Positions 44,297-53,621 of a stretch of 64,000 nucleotides of DNA are shown in pieces. Within the stretch, counting starts at the first letter, position 1. Every line of letters begins with the position of its first letter. The stretch is taken from IMG/VR virus record IMGVR_UViG_3300020045_004648, positions 1 through 64,000 of that record. One strand, written 5' to 3'. The notes under the pieces are model-generated. The model was not told the DNA's origin. It was given only the letters and a program-made list of their open reading frames with translations, and ran no database searches. Position numbers and translations under genes: made by a program. The DNA is from a virus (lineage: Duplodnaviria; Caudoviricetes).

Positions 44297-45228
44297 GTTT
44301 TAATTCAGTAAAAGTAATCCAAGATAGCATTAACACTTCCGGTAATCGCTTGATTACTTACGAGATTGAGACTTACCGCTACATTTGGGCAGAGGTGCTT
44401 ACACACAAGATGCTCAATAAGAATGCGCAATCTTCCAGGGCTGTTCCTGTTAAGTCCGTCTTAAGTATCAATGAATCTGATCCTATAACACCTATTGTAT
44501 GGGGGAAGAACAAAGGGGGTATGTCAGCTACTGAACAGTTTGAGGGTGAAGAACTAAAAGTAGTTAAAGCCTTGTGGATAGAAGCAGCAAGGAATGCTTT
44601 TGATTCATCCAGAAAACTCTCAGAGGCTGGTCTACATAAGATGTGGGCAAATCGAGGCACAGAGGCTTACAGTCGTATCAAGGTTGTAATGTCTGGTACA
44701 GAGTGGGATAACTTTGAATGGCTTCGAGATGATCCTGCTGCAGCACAACCTGAGATTGTTGACCTTGCACGGAAAATTAAAGCGGCTAAAGCGGATAGTT
44801 CACCTTTTCTGTTATTCCCAGGACAAGCACATGTCCCTTACGTTGAAAGACAACCTTCAGATTTTGGTGATAATCCAAGGGATGTGCATTACTACATTCC
44901 CGGTGAAGGCAGGGTTGGATTAGACATCGCTTTGAAGATCAGTGCCAGTTGTACAGGGCAGATTTCATATAGAAAACTTGATGACTCTTTTGATAAAGCG
45001 ATGCAAATTTATGACCGACTGTTCGATGGGCCTAAACCACATTTTTCCCCTTCGGAGCACCAGGGCATTGCAATGCAAAATACAAAGCAAGGGTTAATCA
45101 GCCGTGTGTTTAATCTTCCTTGGGAAGAAGGTGTAAGCCATGTTGACCGAGAGGGTTACTTCTGGAGTGCAAATCTGAAAGGTTTTATTCAGCACCGAAA
45201 GTTGATTGAGAACCGAATTAACTTGTAA
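44293..45228 (+). CDS. thyX: FAD-dependent thymidylate synthase
   Basis: Variant ThyX signature THKMLNKNAQSSRA, W.NF..LR, HFSPSEH. Confidence 0.8.
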   Translation: MSFNSVKVIQDSINTSGNRLITYEIETYRYIWAEVLTHKMLNKNAQSSRAVPVKSVLSINESDPITPIVWGKNKGGMSATEQFEGEELKVVKALWIEAARNAFDSSRKLSEAGLHKMWANRGTEAYSRIKVVMSGTEWDNFEWLRDDPAAAQPEIVDLARKIKAAKADSSPFLLFPGQAHVPYVERQPSDFGDNPRDVHYYIPGEGRVGLDIALKISASCTGQISYRKLDDSFDKAMQIYDRLFDGPKPHFSPSEHQGIAMQNTKQGLISRVFNLPWEEGVSHVDREGYFWSANLKGFIQHRKLIENRINL

Positions 45229-45251
45229 TTATCATGAAGATATGGTAGAAT
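45223..45251 (+). promoter_or_regulatory. sigma70 promoter
   Basis: TTGTAA-17-TAGAAT. Confidence 0.6.
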
Positions 45252-45292
45252 TGAGGTTCTGCCGTTCTTCCTAAAAAGAATAAAGGAGTAAT

Positions 45293-45637
45293 ATGGCCCT
45301 AAATATTGCGGCAATAGTTTATATCAGTCTTAGCGAGATTCAAACGGTCGCTGACTGGATAACAGAGGAATTTATTGAAGAGAACCCGGATGTATTTCAG
45401 AAGATGCTATATGACTTAGGGATGGATATTTATAACTACCCCTGTTCTATTCAGAACGTAACACATCGTAATCGCTTCGGAAATCTTATCACTTGCCCAC
45501 GGTGGGTTGGTAATGAACGAGTCGATCAAAATTGGGTGAGTAGTCCGTACAGTAGTGTTGAGGCTAGGGATAAGAGTTTGAACAACAGAATTTTGACTGA
45601 CCTCTACAAGAGCAAGGGAATGGTAGAGATTGAGTAA
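45293..45637 (+). CDS. hypothetical protein preceding RNR
   Basis: AAGGAG SD. Confidence 0.75.
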   Translation: MALNIAAIVYISLSEIQTVADWITEEFIEENPDVFQKMLYDLGMDIYNYPCSIQNVTHRNRFGNLITCPRWVGNERVDQNWVSSPYSSVEARDKSLNNRILTDLYKSKGMVEIE

Positions 45638-45661
45638 GATTTATAACAACAAAGGAAATTA

Positions 45662-47929
45662 ATGCAACAAATTGATAATATTGGCAAGAAGATGCTATCT
45701 GAGAGTAAGTTTTTTATGGGTTACTCCCGCTGGGATGAAGTTGAAAATCGTTTTGAAACTTGGGATGAGGCGGTAGGTCGGGTGATGAACATGCACCGAC
45801 AAAAGTACAAAACCAAGATGGCACCTCAACTTGAGGAACTTATCTCTTTTGCCGAAAAAGCGTATAAAGAAAAACGTGTGCTAGGTGCACAAAGAGCGTT
45901 GCAATTCGGGGGTGAACAACTGTTTAAACATGAAGCACGGATGTATAATTGCTGCGTAAGTCCAGCAGATCGTGCAAGGTTTTTCCAAGAGACAATGTAC
46001 ATGCTTCTTTGTGGTTGTGGGGTGGGGTTTTCAGTTCAACACCAACATATTGCAAAACTCCCTAAGATCAAGAAAAGGTTTGATAAGAAAAGTAAAGTAT
46101 TTATTATCCCAGACTCTATTGAGGGGTGGGCAGATGCTTTTGGTGTTCTCCTATCAAGCTATTTTGTAGGTGGTGGTACTTTCCCAGAGTACGAAGGTTG
46201 TCAAGTACATTTTGATTTTAGTAAGATTCGCCCAAAAGGTGCATTGATTTCAGGTGGGTTTAAAGCCCCCGGTCCAGATGGGCTAAGGGATGCGCTAGTT
46301 AAGTGTGAACGACTACTGGACAACGAATTGAAGATTGCGGCTAAACTTGGCAAAGGTGGTGTACCGAAGATAGCAGGAGATGAAATTCCAATTCGACCCA
46401 TCACGGCTTATGATTTTGTTATGCACATGTCAGATGCTGTTCTCTCTGGTGGTGTTCGCAGAAGTGCAACTATTTGCCTGTTCAGTAAAGATGACAAGGA
46501 AATGCTTACTGCTAAGACGGGCAACTGGCATCTTGTTAATCCCCAGCGTGGTCGAAGTAACAACTCTGTGATGCTTATTCGTGATGAGGTAACTCGTGAA
46601 GAGTGGGCTGAAATTATGAAGAGTGTTAGGGATTTCGGTGAGCCGGGGTTTATCTTTACAGACAACTTAGACTTCCATTTCAACCCTTGCGTAGAGATTG
46701 GAATGTTACCTTTTGACCAACAAACAGGCGAAAGCGGCTGGCAAGTGTGTAACCTAACAGAGCAAAGCGGAGCACAATGTACGTCAAAAGAAGCCCTTAT
46801 GATTTCTTGCAAAGCAGCAAGTATTCTAGGCACACTTCAAGCAGGTTACACGAATTTTAGCTACCTGACACCTGTGTCAAAGAAGATCATTGAAAATGAA
46901 GCTTTGATTGGTGTATCAATCACCGGGTGGATGAACAATCCTGATGTGCTGTTTGACAAGCAGAACATGATTGCTGCAGCAGAAGAAGTAAAGAAGTGGA
47001 ACCGTGAAGTTGCTGGTTTGATTGGAATTAATGTTGCAGCTAGGACTACTTGTGTGAAGCCTTCTGGCAACGCATCTGTTCTGCTAAACACGGCATCTGG
47101 TATCCACGGTGAGCACTCTAAACGGTACTTTCGTAATGTCCAGATGAACGAACAAGACGATGTTCTTTCTTTACTTCAAGATGTAAATCCTGAGATGGTA
47201 GAGCCTAGTGTTTGGTCAAGTACTGGTACTGATTATGTTGTGAGTTTTCCTGTTGAGACTGTACCGGGGAGTATCACTAAAGATGAACTTCTTGGAGTCA
47301 AGCAGTTAGAGTATGTTAAACTTGCACAGCAGTACTGGGTTGAGCATGGTACAAATGTTGACTTGTGTGTTGACAAGAACCTTCGTCACAACGTCAGCAA
47401 TACGATCACTGTAGACAACTGGGATGAAGTTGAGCAATACATCTTTGACAACCGTAAGTGGTTCGCTGGTATCTCTTTGTTGAGTGCAATGGGGGATAAA
47501 GCTTATCCACAAGCACCTTTCACTGAAGTGTTTACTGCAGAAGAAATTATGCAAAAGTACGGTGCTGCAAGTATGCTAGCAAGTGGCTTGATTGTAGACG
47601 CGCTGAGTACCTTTAATCAGAACCTATGGGGTGCTTGTGATACAGTGAATGGTTGGGGTGAAAAACTTGAAGCAGGACGTAAAGAACATCTTTTGAAGAA
47701 TGATTGGATTCGCAGGGCAAAGAACTTTGCTGGTAATTATTTTAATGCTAATGTTCTTGAAATGACCAACTGCTTGAAGGATTGCCACAACCTACACAAG
47801 TGGCTGACTGTCCAGCGTACAATGAAAGACATTTCTTTTTCGGAGGAATTGAAAGAAAAACACTTTGTTGATGCTGATACGCTTGCAAGTCAAGGGTGCG
47901 CTGGTGGGGTGTGCGAGATAGCGTGGTGA
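45662..47929 (+). CDS. nrdJ: ribonucleotide reductase, probably class II (AdoCbl, monomeric type)
   Basis: NPCVEI finger loop, VKPSG, C-terminal CAGGVC; no class I YY pair and no beta subunit in the window. Confidence 0.78.
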   Translation: MQQIDNIGKKMLSESKFFMGYSRWDEVENRFETWDEAVGRVMNMHRQKYKTKMAPQLEELISFAEKAYKEKRVLGAQRALQFGGEQLFKHEARMYNCCVSPADRARFFQETMYMLLCGCGVGFSVQHQHIAKLPKIKKRFDKKSKVFIIPDSIEGWADAFGVLLSSYFVGGGTFPEYEGCQVHFDFSKIRPKGALISGGFKAPGPDGLRDALVKCERLLDNELKIAAKLGKGGVPKIAGDEIPIRPITAYDFVMHMSDAVLSGGVRRSATICLFSKDDKEMLTAKTGNWHLVNPQRGRSNNSVMLIRDEVTREEWAEIMKSVRDFGEPGFIFTDNLDFHFNPCVEIGMLPFDQQTGESGWQVCNLTEQSGAQCTSKEALMISCKAASILGTLQAGYTNFSYLTPVSKKIIENEALIGVSITGWMNNPDVLFDKQNMIAAAEEVKKWNREVAGLIGINVAARTTCVKPSGNASVLLNTASGIHGEHSKRYFRNVQMNEQDDVLSLLQDVNPEMVEPSVWSSTGTDYVVSFPVETVPGSITKDELLGVKQLEYVKLAQQYWVEHGTNVDLCVDKNLRHNVSNTITVDNWDEVEQYIFDNRKWFAGISLLSAMGDKAYPQAPFTEVFTAEEIMQKYGAASMLASGLIVDALSTFNQNLWGACDTVNGWGEKLEAGRKEHLLKNDWIRRAKNFAGNYFNANVLEMTNCLKDCHNLHKWLTVQRTMKDISFSEELKEKHFVDADTLASQGCAGGVCEIAW

Positions 47930-47950
47930 TGTTGCTTTTCAGCAACCCAC

Positions 47951-47979
47951 TTGACAACTAAAATTTAATGCAGTAAGAT
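47951..47979 (+). promoter_or_regulatory. sigma70 promoter
   Basis: TTGACA-17-TAAGAT. Confidence 0.75.
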
Positions 47980-47980
47980 A

Positions 47981-48019
47981 CCCAACATGGATCGCAAGGT
48001 CTTTGTTGGGTTTTCTTTT
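47981..48019 (+). terminator. intrinsic terminator
   Basis: CCCAACA...TGTTGGG stem with inner GATC-GCAA-GGTC, then T-tract. Confidence 0.8.
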
Positions 48020-48041
48020 ATCTAAACGAAAGGAGTTTGAA

Positions 48042-48326
48042 ATGACTACACTAAGCGATGACCTGCCAAGTCTTTATGACATGACAGGCAAGATTACAGA
48101 TCACAATACACTGCTGATCAATCGGAATACTCTGAGAAAATTGGAGGTTGAGGCTGTGATGTATCAGTTCCTCCGTAGGCATGTGGTTTTTGGCTATCCA
48201 AGTAGTGAAGGAAGTTCTAGTAAAGATGTATATCTTGTAGTTACCGGATATGGTGATTATGAAAGTGATGTTTTGACTGACAAAGCCATTGACGTAAAAA
48301 TGAAAGGCCAATCATGCAAGCAGTAA
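48042..48326 (+). CDS. hypothetical protein
   Basis: Start MTTLSD, AAGGAG SD. Confidence 0.65.
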   Translation: MTTLSDDLPSLYDMTGKITDHNTLLINRNTLRKLEVEAVMYQFLRRHVVFGYPSSEGSSSKDVYLVVTGYGDYESDVLTDKAIDVKMKGQSCKQ

Positions 48327-48414
48327 TCACTTACACCATTATCTATCTCGTACTCTGCCCTATACTCGCTGTACTTGTGGGTAAGTGCATCAACTTTGGA
48401 ATGGGGGATAAATA

Positions 48415-48609
48415 ATGATCCAAGCCATCTTAGCAATCTTGACAGTAGCATCCGCTTTAGGGGCAGAAACACCTACGCTTGTCAAACCCTTCACATCAGT
48501 CGAATCTTGTTTGATTGAAGCACAGAAACAAAACAATCAAAACAGCGAAGAGTTACAAAAACAAGGTGCTGGGTTTGTTTGTTTAGTGCTTACTGCCCCT
48601 ATGATTTGA
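48415..48609 (+). CDS. secreted/membrane small protein
   Basis: Signal-peptide-like N-terminus, F.S..SC...C. Confidence 0.65.
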   Translation: MIQAILAILTVASALGAETPTLVKPFTSVESCLIEAQKQNNQNSEELQKQGAGFVCLVLTAPMI

Positions 48610-48618
48610 AAGGTAAAT

Positions 48619-48879
48619 ATGAAACAGAGTAAACCTAAAGTACAAGTTTATTTAAAGAAGCACGAGTACATTATTGCAGTCACCCCTGAGTATTGCCATG
48701 GGCCAGGGTGGGGTAATTCTTTGTTAAAAGTACATATTGCAGACACTAACCTTTCAACTTATAGAGTAGAGTACATTCAGCCAGAGGATCAAAACAGAGA
48801 TCAAGCAGTACTGTTCCATGCTGGTGAAGCAATGCAAAGAGCGTTGGTTGAGTCTTTAATAATTAAACAGGAGAAGTGA
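48619..48879 (+). CDS. hypothetical protein
   Basis: AAGG SD. Confidence 0.65.
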   Translation: MKQSKPKVQVYLKKHEYIIAVTPEYCHGPGWGNSLLKVHIADTNLSTYRVEYIQPEDQNRDQAVLFHAGEAMQRALVESLIIKQEK

Positions 48880-49015
48880 TGATCAATCTAACAAAACAAG
48901 AGATTGAATATTGTACACTACAGGCTCATGTCAAGATGTATCAAGAGTACATGATGTTATTGCAGGATGGTATGGGAAGATGTTTATTGATGTTAAAACT
49001 AATATAGGGGGATAG

Positions 49016-49366
49016 ATGAAAGATTTAGTTAGAGTTCAGGACTACCAAGAGTACCTTCAAACACGATTGAAACACTGGGAGATTAAAAACGCCGAAGTGA
49101 AGTCACAATACACAAAATGTAAGGTTGTGTATGAAGATAAATTTCTGCCTAAATTACTAAGATGGAAGTTTGAAGATTCTTATGGTGGTGATACATCTTG
49201 GATTGGGTGTTGGGATTTCTTTGATGCTCAAGTAAATAATTGCAAAGCTGAAATTAGTCGGTGTGTATACCAAGGAAAAATTGGGCATACGTTCATCATC
49301 ATTGGAGATAACTTTCTTCCTAGTGGATTTTATAAATGGTGTTCAGAGAATGGTATTCCATATTAA
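49016..49366 (+). CDS. hypothetical protein
   Basis: AGGGGG SD. Confidence 0.7.
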   Translation: MKDLVRVQDYQEYLQTRLKHWEIKNAEVKSQYTKCKVVYEDKFLPKLLRWKFEDSYGGDTSWIGCWDFFDAQVNNCKAEISRCVYQGKIGHTFIIIGDNFLPSGFYKWCSENGIPY

Positions 49367-49383
49367 CAAAGTAAATTTTAGAC

Positions 49384-49431
49384 AAAAGAAAACCCTACTA
49401 TAGAGGCCGTAAAGCTTCCGTAGTAGGGTTT
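49384..49431. terminator. bidirectional terminator at the convergent junction
   Basis: AAACCCTACTA/TAGTAGGGTTT 11-bp stem. Confidence 0.8.
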
Positions 49432-49440
49432 AGTCATTTG

Positions 49441-49517
49441 GGGCATACTACCCCTTGGTTTTTATTCTAAGGCTCTTCTAGACCCGTTTAAATCGATTCT
49501 AGAGGCATTGCTTAGGG
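49441..49517. repeat. dispersed element, copy 7
   Basis: Core GCATACTACCCCTT; TTTAAATC at 49487. Confidence 0.5.
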
Positions 49518-50042
49518 TCATTCAGCCTTGCTCTGGTTATCTCTCTTAAACTGGTCTAAGGTTTCCTTAGCAGTATCATAGGACTTATAGCAAGTCAGAA
49601 GTTCTTCTTTGATCAATTCTGCTCTGGCAGCTTCCCCGATAAAAGCAATTGCATCCTCTCGATAAAGCTGGGCTCCAGTTGCTCCTTGTTGATCTTCTTG
49701 AGTTCCGGGATTGTCGGAAACTCCGCTTGACTCTGCACGAGAGGGACGTGATTGCAAGCTGTTAACGAGAGAAGCAACACGAGTGTTAAGAGATTGGATT
49801 TTAGCATTCTTTTCCTTTTGAATATTATCGAAAGATTCTTGCAGAGCAATCTGAGTGTCCAAGGAACGTTCTTTTAGCCTGAAGTTTTCTTTTACTTGTT
49901 GAGTCTGGATATCTGATACGGCCTCTGTAACCGCTTCATGTACTAAGACTTTGTGGTAAGTGAATAGACTAGCAAAAACAACTAACACAATAGCTAACTT
50001 AACTTTCCAATCAAGAAAGAATGTTAATACTTCTTTAATCAT
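49518..50042 (-). CDS. Rz: inner-membrane spanin
   Basis: N-terminal TM plus coiled coil, downstream of the endolysin. Confidence 0.85.
   Translation of the reverse strand: MIKEVLTFFLDWKVKLAIVLVVFASLFTYHKVLVHEAVTEAVSDIQTQQVKENFRLKERSLDTQIALQESFDNIQKEKNAKIQSLNTRVASLVNSLQSRPSRAESSGVSDNPGTQEDQQGATGAQLYREDAIAFIGEAARAELIKEELLTCYKSYDTAKETLDQFKRDNQSKAE
49613..49807 (-). CDS. Rz1: outer-membrane spanin lipoprotein, fully embedded in Rz
   Basis: MLKSNLLTLVLLLSLTAC lipobox, Pro-containing mature part, own SD. Confidence 0.85.
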   Translation of the reverse strand: MLKSNLLTLVLLLSLTACNHVPLVQSQAEFPTIPELKKINKEQLEPSFIERMQLLLSGKLPEQN

Positions 50043-50578
50043 CTTACATCCTTTAAGCAGATATTCATTTCATCAATTCTCCGATTGTGCAACCCTTTAT
50101 AGAACTTCCCATCGGAATAGCTCCATGCTGGTGTTTTACCATCGTACTGATATGCCAGTAGTTGACAACCAATTCTATAATTCCCTAGGTTCCATTGCTT
50201 CATAGCAACAGAACCACAAGTCTTATTTACACCAAAATTCCAAGCATGAGATGTAGCAGCGTCGAAGACTGATTGGTAAGGTAATTTAGTAAAACACAAA
50301 GCAAGTTTATTCTGAAGATTTCCTAGAGCGTAATCTTCATTTTCATTACATTCTTGCTGTGTCCACTTGTCACCTTTGATTAGTTTCTTATCGCTCACTG
50401 CATTGGTTATACCGCTGCAGACTGTAAGCGTGTTAGAAGCAATCTTATCTTCGTACACATAAAGATGAGCATCAGGAGAACCCTTAGCAGGCTCCCACTT
50501 GTGTAGAATACCTAAAGTTGAAGCACTTGCTAAGATCAAGGAACCAGCAATATGCGGAAAGTATTTTAGTTTAGACAT
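50039..50578 (-). CDS. GH24 lysozyme, probable SAR endolysin
   Basis: Weakly hydrophobic N-terminus; WE...Y.D...TVCSGIT, FDA..S...NFG, GL.NRR..E. Confidence 0.88.
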   Translation of the reverse strand: MSKLKYFPHIAGSLILASASTLGILHKWEPAKGSPDAHLYVYEDKIASNTLTVCSGITNAVSDKKLIKGDKWTQQECNENEDYALGNLQNKLALCFTKLPYQSVFDAATSHAWNFGVNKTCGSVAMKQWNLGNYRIGCQLLAYQYDGKTPAWSYSDGKFYKGLHNRRIDEMNICLKDVR

Positions 50579-50606
50579 ATACTGATTCCTTTTCTTTCTT
50601 TCTCTG

Positions 50607-50969
50607 TTACATCAACCCCAAGAACTTAGCTGCAAACATCCCAACTAAGGCTACGATACCTGTTACAGCACTGATAACCCAGTTACGAATCTGCCTGTTC
50701 ATCGGAACATCTCTCTCGAGATCATCTAGGCGCTTTTCTAGTTCATCACATCGGGACACTTGCTTGTCTTGTAGTTCGACTAATCGTATATGAGCCTGCA
50801 TCATGTGAACTTGCCCCTCTTCAATTTTGACTAACTTGTTTACAGCAGTAGCCATCTCTTTCATGCTTTCCTTCATTGAGTCTCTAAGGTCACTGATGTG
50901 ACTATGAAGATTATCAATGCGTTCAGCGATTACTTGAACTGTGCTATCATCTTTTCGTTTATATTCCAT
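50607..50969 (-). CDS. putative holin
   Basis: Directly upstream of the endolysin; coiled coil plus one C-terminal TM. Confidence 0.65.
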   Translation of the reverse strand: MEYKRKDDSTVQVIAERIDNLHSHISDLRDSMKESMKEMATAVNKLVKIEEGQVHMMQAHIRLVELQDKQVSRCDELEKRLDDLERDVPMNRQIRNWVISAVTGIVALVGMFAAKFLGLM

Positions 50970-50998
50970 GATTTTTCTTGTGTACTATTTAAACAAAA

Positions 50999-53605
50999 TT
51001 AGATTGATGCAAGCATCAGGGCGTATAACTCATCGTACCGCACACCAAGGCGTTCAACAGCTTCTTGTGTAATGTTACCTTGCTCATCCCGTACTTCTGG
51101 TAGAGTATCAAGACAAAGAACGCCGTACTTAAAACCATCCAATCCCTCAGCGTCAAACAGTGCTTTAACCTCTTGGGCAATAACACCAAAATGCAGCCGG
51201 GCATTGTCTCCCTTTTCGGCTACAGCAGACTTGTACTTGAATCTTCGTATCCTGATTGCACGTCCGATGCGCAATTCGGCTTCTGATAGGTATTCACTAT
51301 CCTGTTTTTCGCGTCCATCGGATGTGATGATGGTGCTGCTTGCGGCTCTAACGACACTCCATCGATTGAATTCACCCCCGAGAGACATCTGATTATCTAC
51401 TGATGGTTGAAATACACTCAACACGCCCGCTGCCAGAAAGTCCACAAGTAACCCAGACAGAGGTGCAGGTGTGAGTTCACCAGTAGACAAATAAGCGGCG
51501 ACAGGGATTGCATTGTGATAGCCAATACTCATTTTAACAGGGGCACCACCAGTACCTTTATTCACCACTAAGGAGTACTGAACTGTACCACTCCCCGAAT
51601 CAATCGCACCAGCACCTGCCCCAAACACTGCCAGTACTTTATTAGTGATTGCAGCACCATAACCTGCGTTGTAAAGACTACGCACGGGTGTGTCATTTGG
51701 CAGCGTCAACCCGTAACCGACTACAGAGCCCGCGTTGTACATGGCGGGCTTTTCACTAAGTGAAGAATATCCTGAGTATAGGTTAGTGTCTGCGATTGTG
51801 AGGTGTCCATTGGGACCTGTTATCCCAATCGCACCGCGAACTATTGATCCGGCGTTAGTCTCAATCAGGGTTTCGCCAGTCATATCAATGTCTGCCCAAA
51901 ATTGGTCCACATAGGAAGCAATTCCAGAAGATACCGTAATCAATCCATTAGTACTGCCATACACTTCATTGTTAATCAATCGGAAGTTTTGGGAGTACGC
52001 ACTAAGCCAGAAACATGCCCCTTGGTGATTTTCGATGACTGTGTTATCCATTACCCCCTTGTACACCCAGCATGTAATCTGGTTAATACTAGTGTTGATT
52101 GACTGGACAAGTGCTCTAGCACCAGTTCCATCTTGTGTAATAGGTGTCCACTGCATAAAAGCGGAAGCATCAGGCACATTGAACGTAGCAATACTACCCA
52201 CAAGCAGATGTGATGATGGTGTCTGTGCAATAATCTGCCCGCATGTGTCTACCCAGTTTGTCTCAATGAGGAACGTATCATTGAAATTCCATGTTTCTGT
52301 AGGACTTGTTGGGACCGTCTTAGTACCAAATAAGCAGATGCCCATGTGGTTGTCTTTGACCGTCTGGATAGACCCCGCTGGATGAACGCAGATATTAAAC
52401 CCACGGATATCATTATTGTGTATAGAACCAGGATAGTATCCGCCGAACTGTGCCCCAACACCAATTGCGGTGTTCGTAGAATTCGCAGTCCACGTACCAT
52501 CTATCCCAAGCCCATACAGTTCAGCACCAATACACCCATAGATATCATTACCATAGTCACCCACGTACACGATAGGATCAGTTGGATCACCACCAATAAA
52601 TACACCACTTGTTCCTGTATAGCCAAGTCGTGTACCCGCAGCACCATCACCATAGAACTTCTGAAGCACTCGCATGTGCAACCCACTATTGCACTTATAA
52701 GAGCCTGTAGGTGCATACACAAACAAACTAGCGTACAAAGCAGCTTGGATAAACAAGGTATTGTTTGTACCACTACCTGTACCTATAACATAATCAGGTA
52801 CAGCCCCAAACCACTGAATGCTAACTGCACCTTCATAGACACGCTTCCAACGGCGGCCAGATGCGTCAACAATGAGGGTGCCTCCGTTGTCAACAGTCAT
52901 TGACATTGAAGCAACCGTAGCCGATGCTGATAAGGTATAAGTACCAGTACCACCTGTGCCAGTTCCCAACGCTGTAATCCAACCAATAAAAGCTCCAGTA
53001 TCTGGGCGACTAACAGCCTGCCCTAATGAAAGAGTACCGTTCGTGATGACTGAAACAGTTAGTGTTGTTCCGCTTTGTGCTGCCGTGATAACCGCACCAC
53101 TGGTAGTATCTGAATCATCGCGTAAAAAGAATCCTGCGACGCGTTTCTGTGTAACTCTGATTCCACTAGCCCGACCTGTGTATGCACGCATTGCTGTATA
53201 GCTTTGCATGGGCTTTGCATGATCGAGCACGTCTTGAACAGTACCATCATCAAACCCAATCAGGTCTGATCCACCTGATGCACTCAATTCCTCGCGTGTT
53301 GCCCCTTGGTGAATCGTAACTTTTCCATCCGCAAGGTCAGCAGCTACCGTTGTTGATGTATGTGCTGTGACTGTGACATATGCATAGTCTAAATACGTGT
53401 AAACATCTTTGATTGCGTATGCCGTAGCACCAGCAAAAGCCCCTCTGGGATTGAAAGCCTTGAGGCTATCAACTGCACCCTGTACGGTTGACTTGACATG
53501 ACCGAGCCTATCTGTAGCTGTTGGAAGCTGGCTAGTTGCAACATCTGCAACGTGATCTACGTCAATCTTAGCATTATTGAGGTCACTAATAGTTATAGCT
53601 GTCAT
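50999..53605 (-). CDS. tailspike/tail fibre with beta-helix and C-terminal S74 intramolecular chaperone
   Basis: [10 protein letters not shown]...N...IQAAL pectin-lyase-type entry; SDGREK...HFGVIAQEV...GVRYDEL. Confidence 0.88.
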   Translation of the reverse strand: MTAITISDLNNAKIDVDHVADVATSQLPTATDRLGHVKSTVQGAVDSLKAFNPRGAFAGATAYAIKDVYTYLDYAYVTVTAHTSTTVAADLADGKVTIHQGATREELSASGGSDLIGFDDGTVQDVLDHAKPMQSYTAMRAYTGRASGIRVTQKRVAGFFLRDDSDTTSGAVITAAQSGTTLTVSVITNGTLSLGQAVSRPDTGAFIGWITALGTGTGGTGTYTLSASATVASMSMTVDNGGTLIVDASGRRWKRVYEGAVSIQWFGAVPDYVIGTGSGTNNTLFIQAALYASLFVYAPTGSYKCNSGLHMRVLQKFYGDGAAGTRLGYTGTSGVFIGGDPTDPIVYVGDYGNDIYGCIGAELYGLGIDGTWTANSTNTAIGVGAQFGGYYPGSIHNNDIRGFNICVHPAGSIQTVKDNHMGICLFGTKTVPTSPTETWNFNDTFLIETNWVDTCGQIIAQTPSSHLLVGSIATFNVPDASAFMQWTPITQDGTGARALVQSINTSINQITCWVYKGVMDNTVIENHQGACFWLSAYSQNFRLINNEVYGSTNGLITVSSGIASYVDQFWADIDMTGETLIETNAGSIVRGAIGITGPNGHLTIADTNLYSGYSSLSEKPAMYNAGSVVGYGLTLPNDTPVRSLYNAGYGAAITNKVLAVFGAGAGAIDSGSGTVQYSLVVNKGTGGAPVKMSIGYHNAIPVAAYLSTGELTPAPLSGLLVDFLAAGVLSVFQPSVDNQMSLGGEFNRWSVVRAASSTIITSDGREKQDSEYLSEAELRIGRAIRIRRFKYKSAVAEKGDNARLHFGVIAQEVKALFDAEGLDGFKYGVLCLDTLPEVRDEQGNITQEAVERLGVRYDELYALMLASI

Positions 53606-53621
53606 TTTATTTTTACTTTCT

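Noticed and set aside
30245-47929. Inteins in the helicase, PolA or RNR
   Set aside because: Protein lengths are normal, with no C/S...HN splice junctions or LAGLIDADG blocks.
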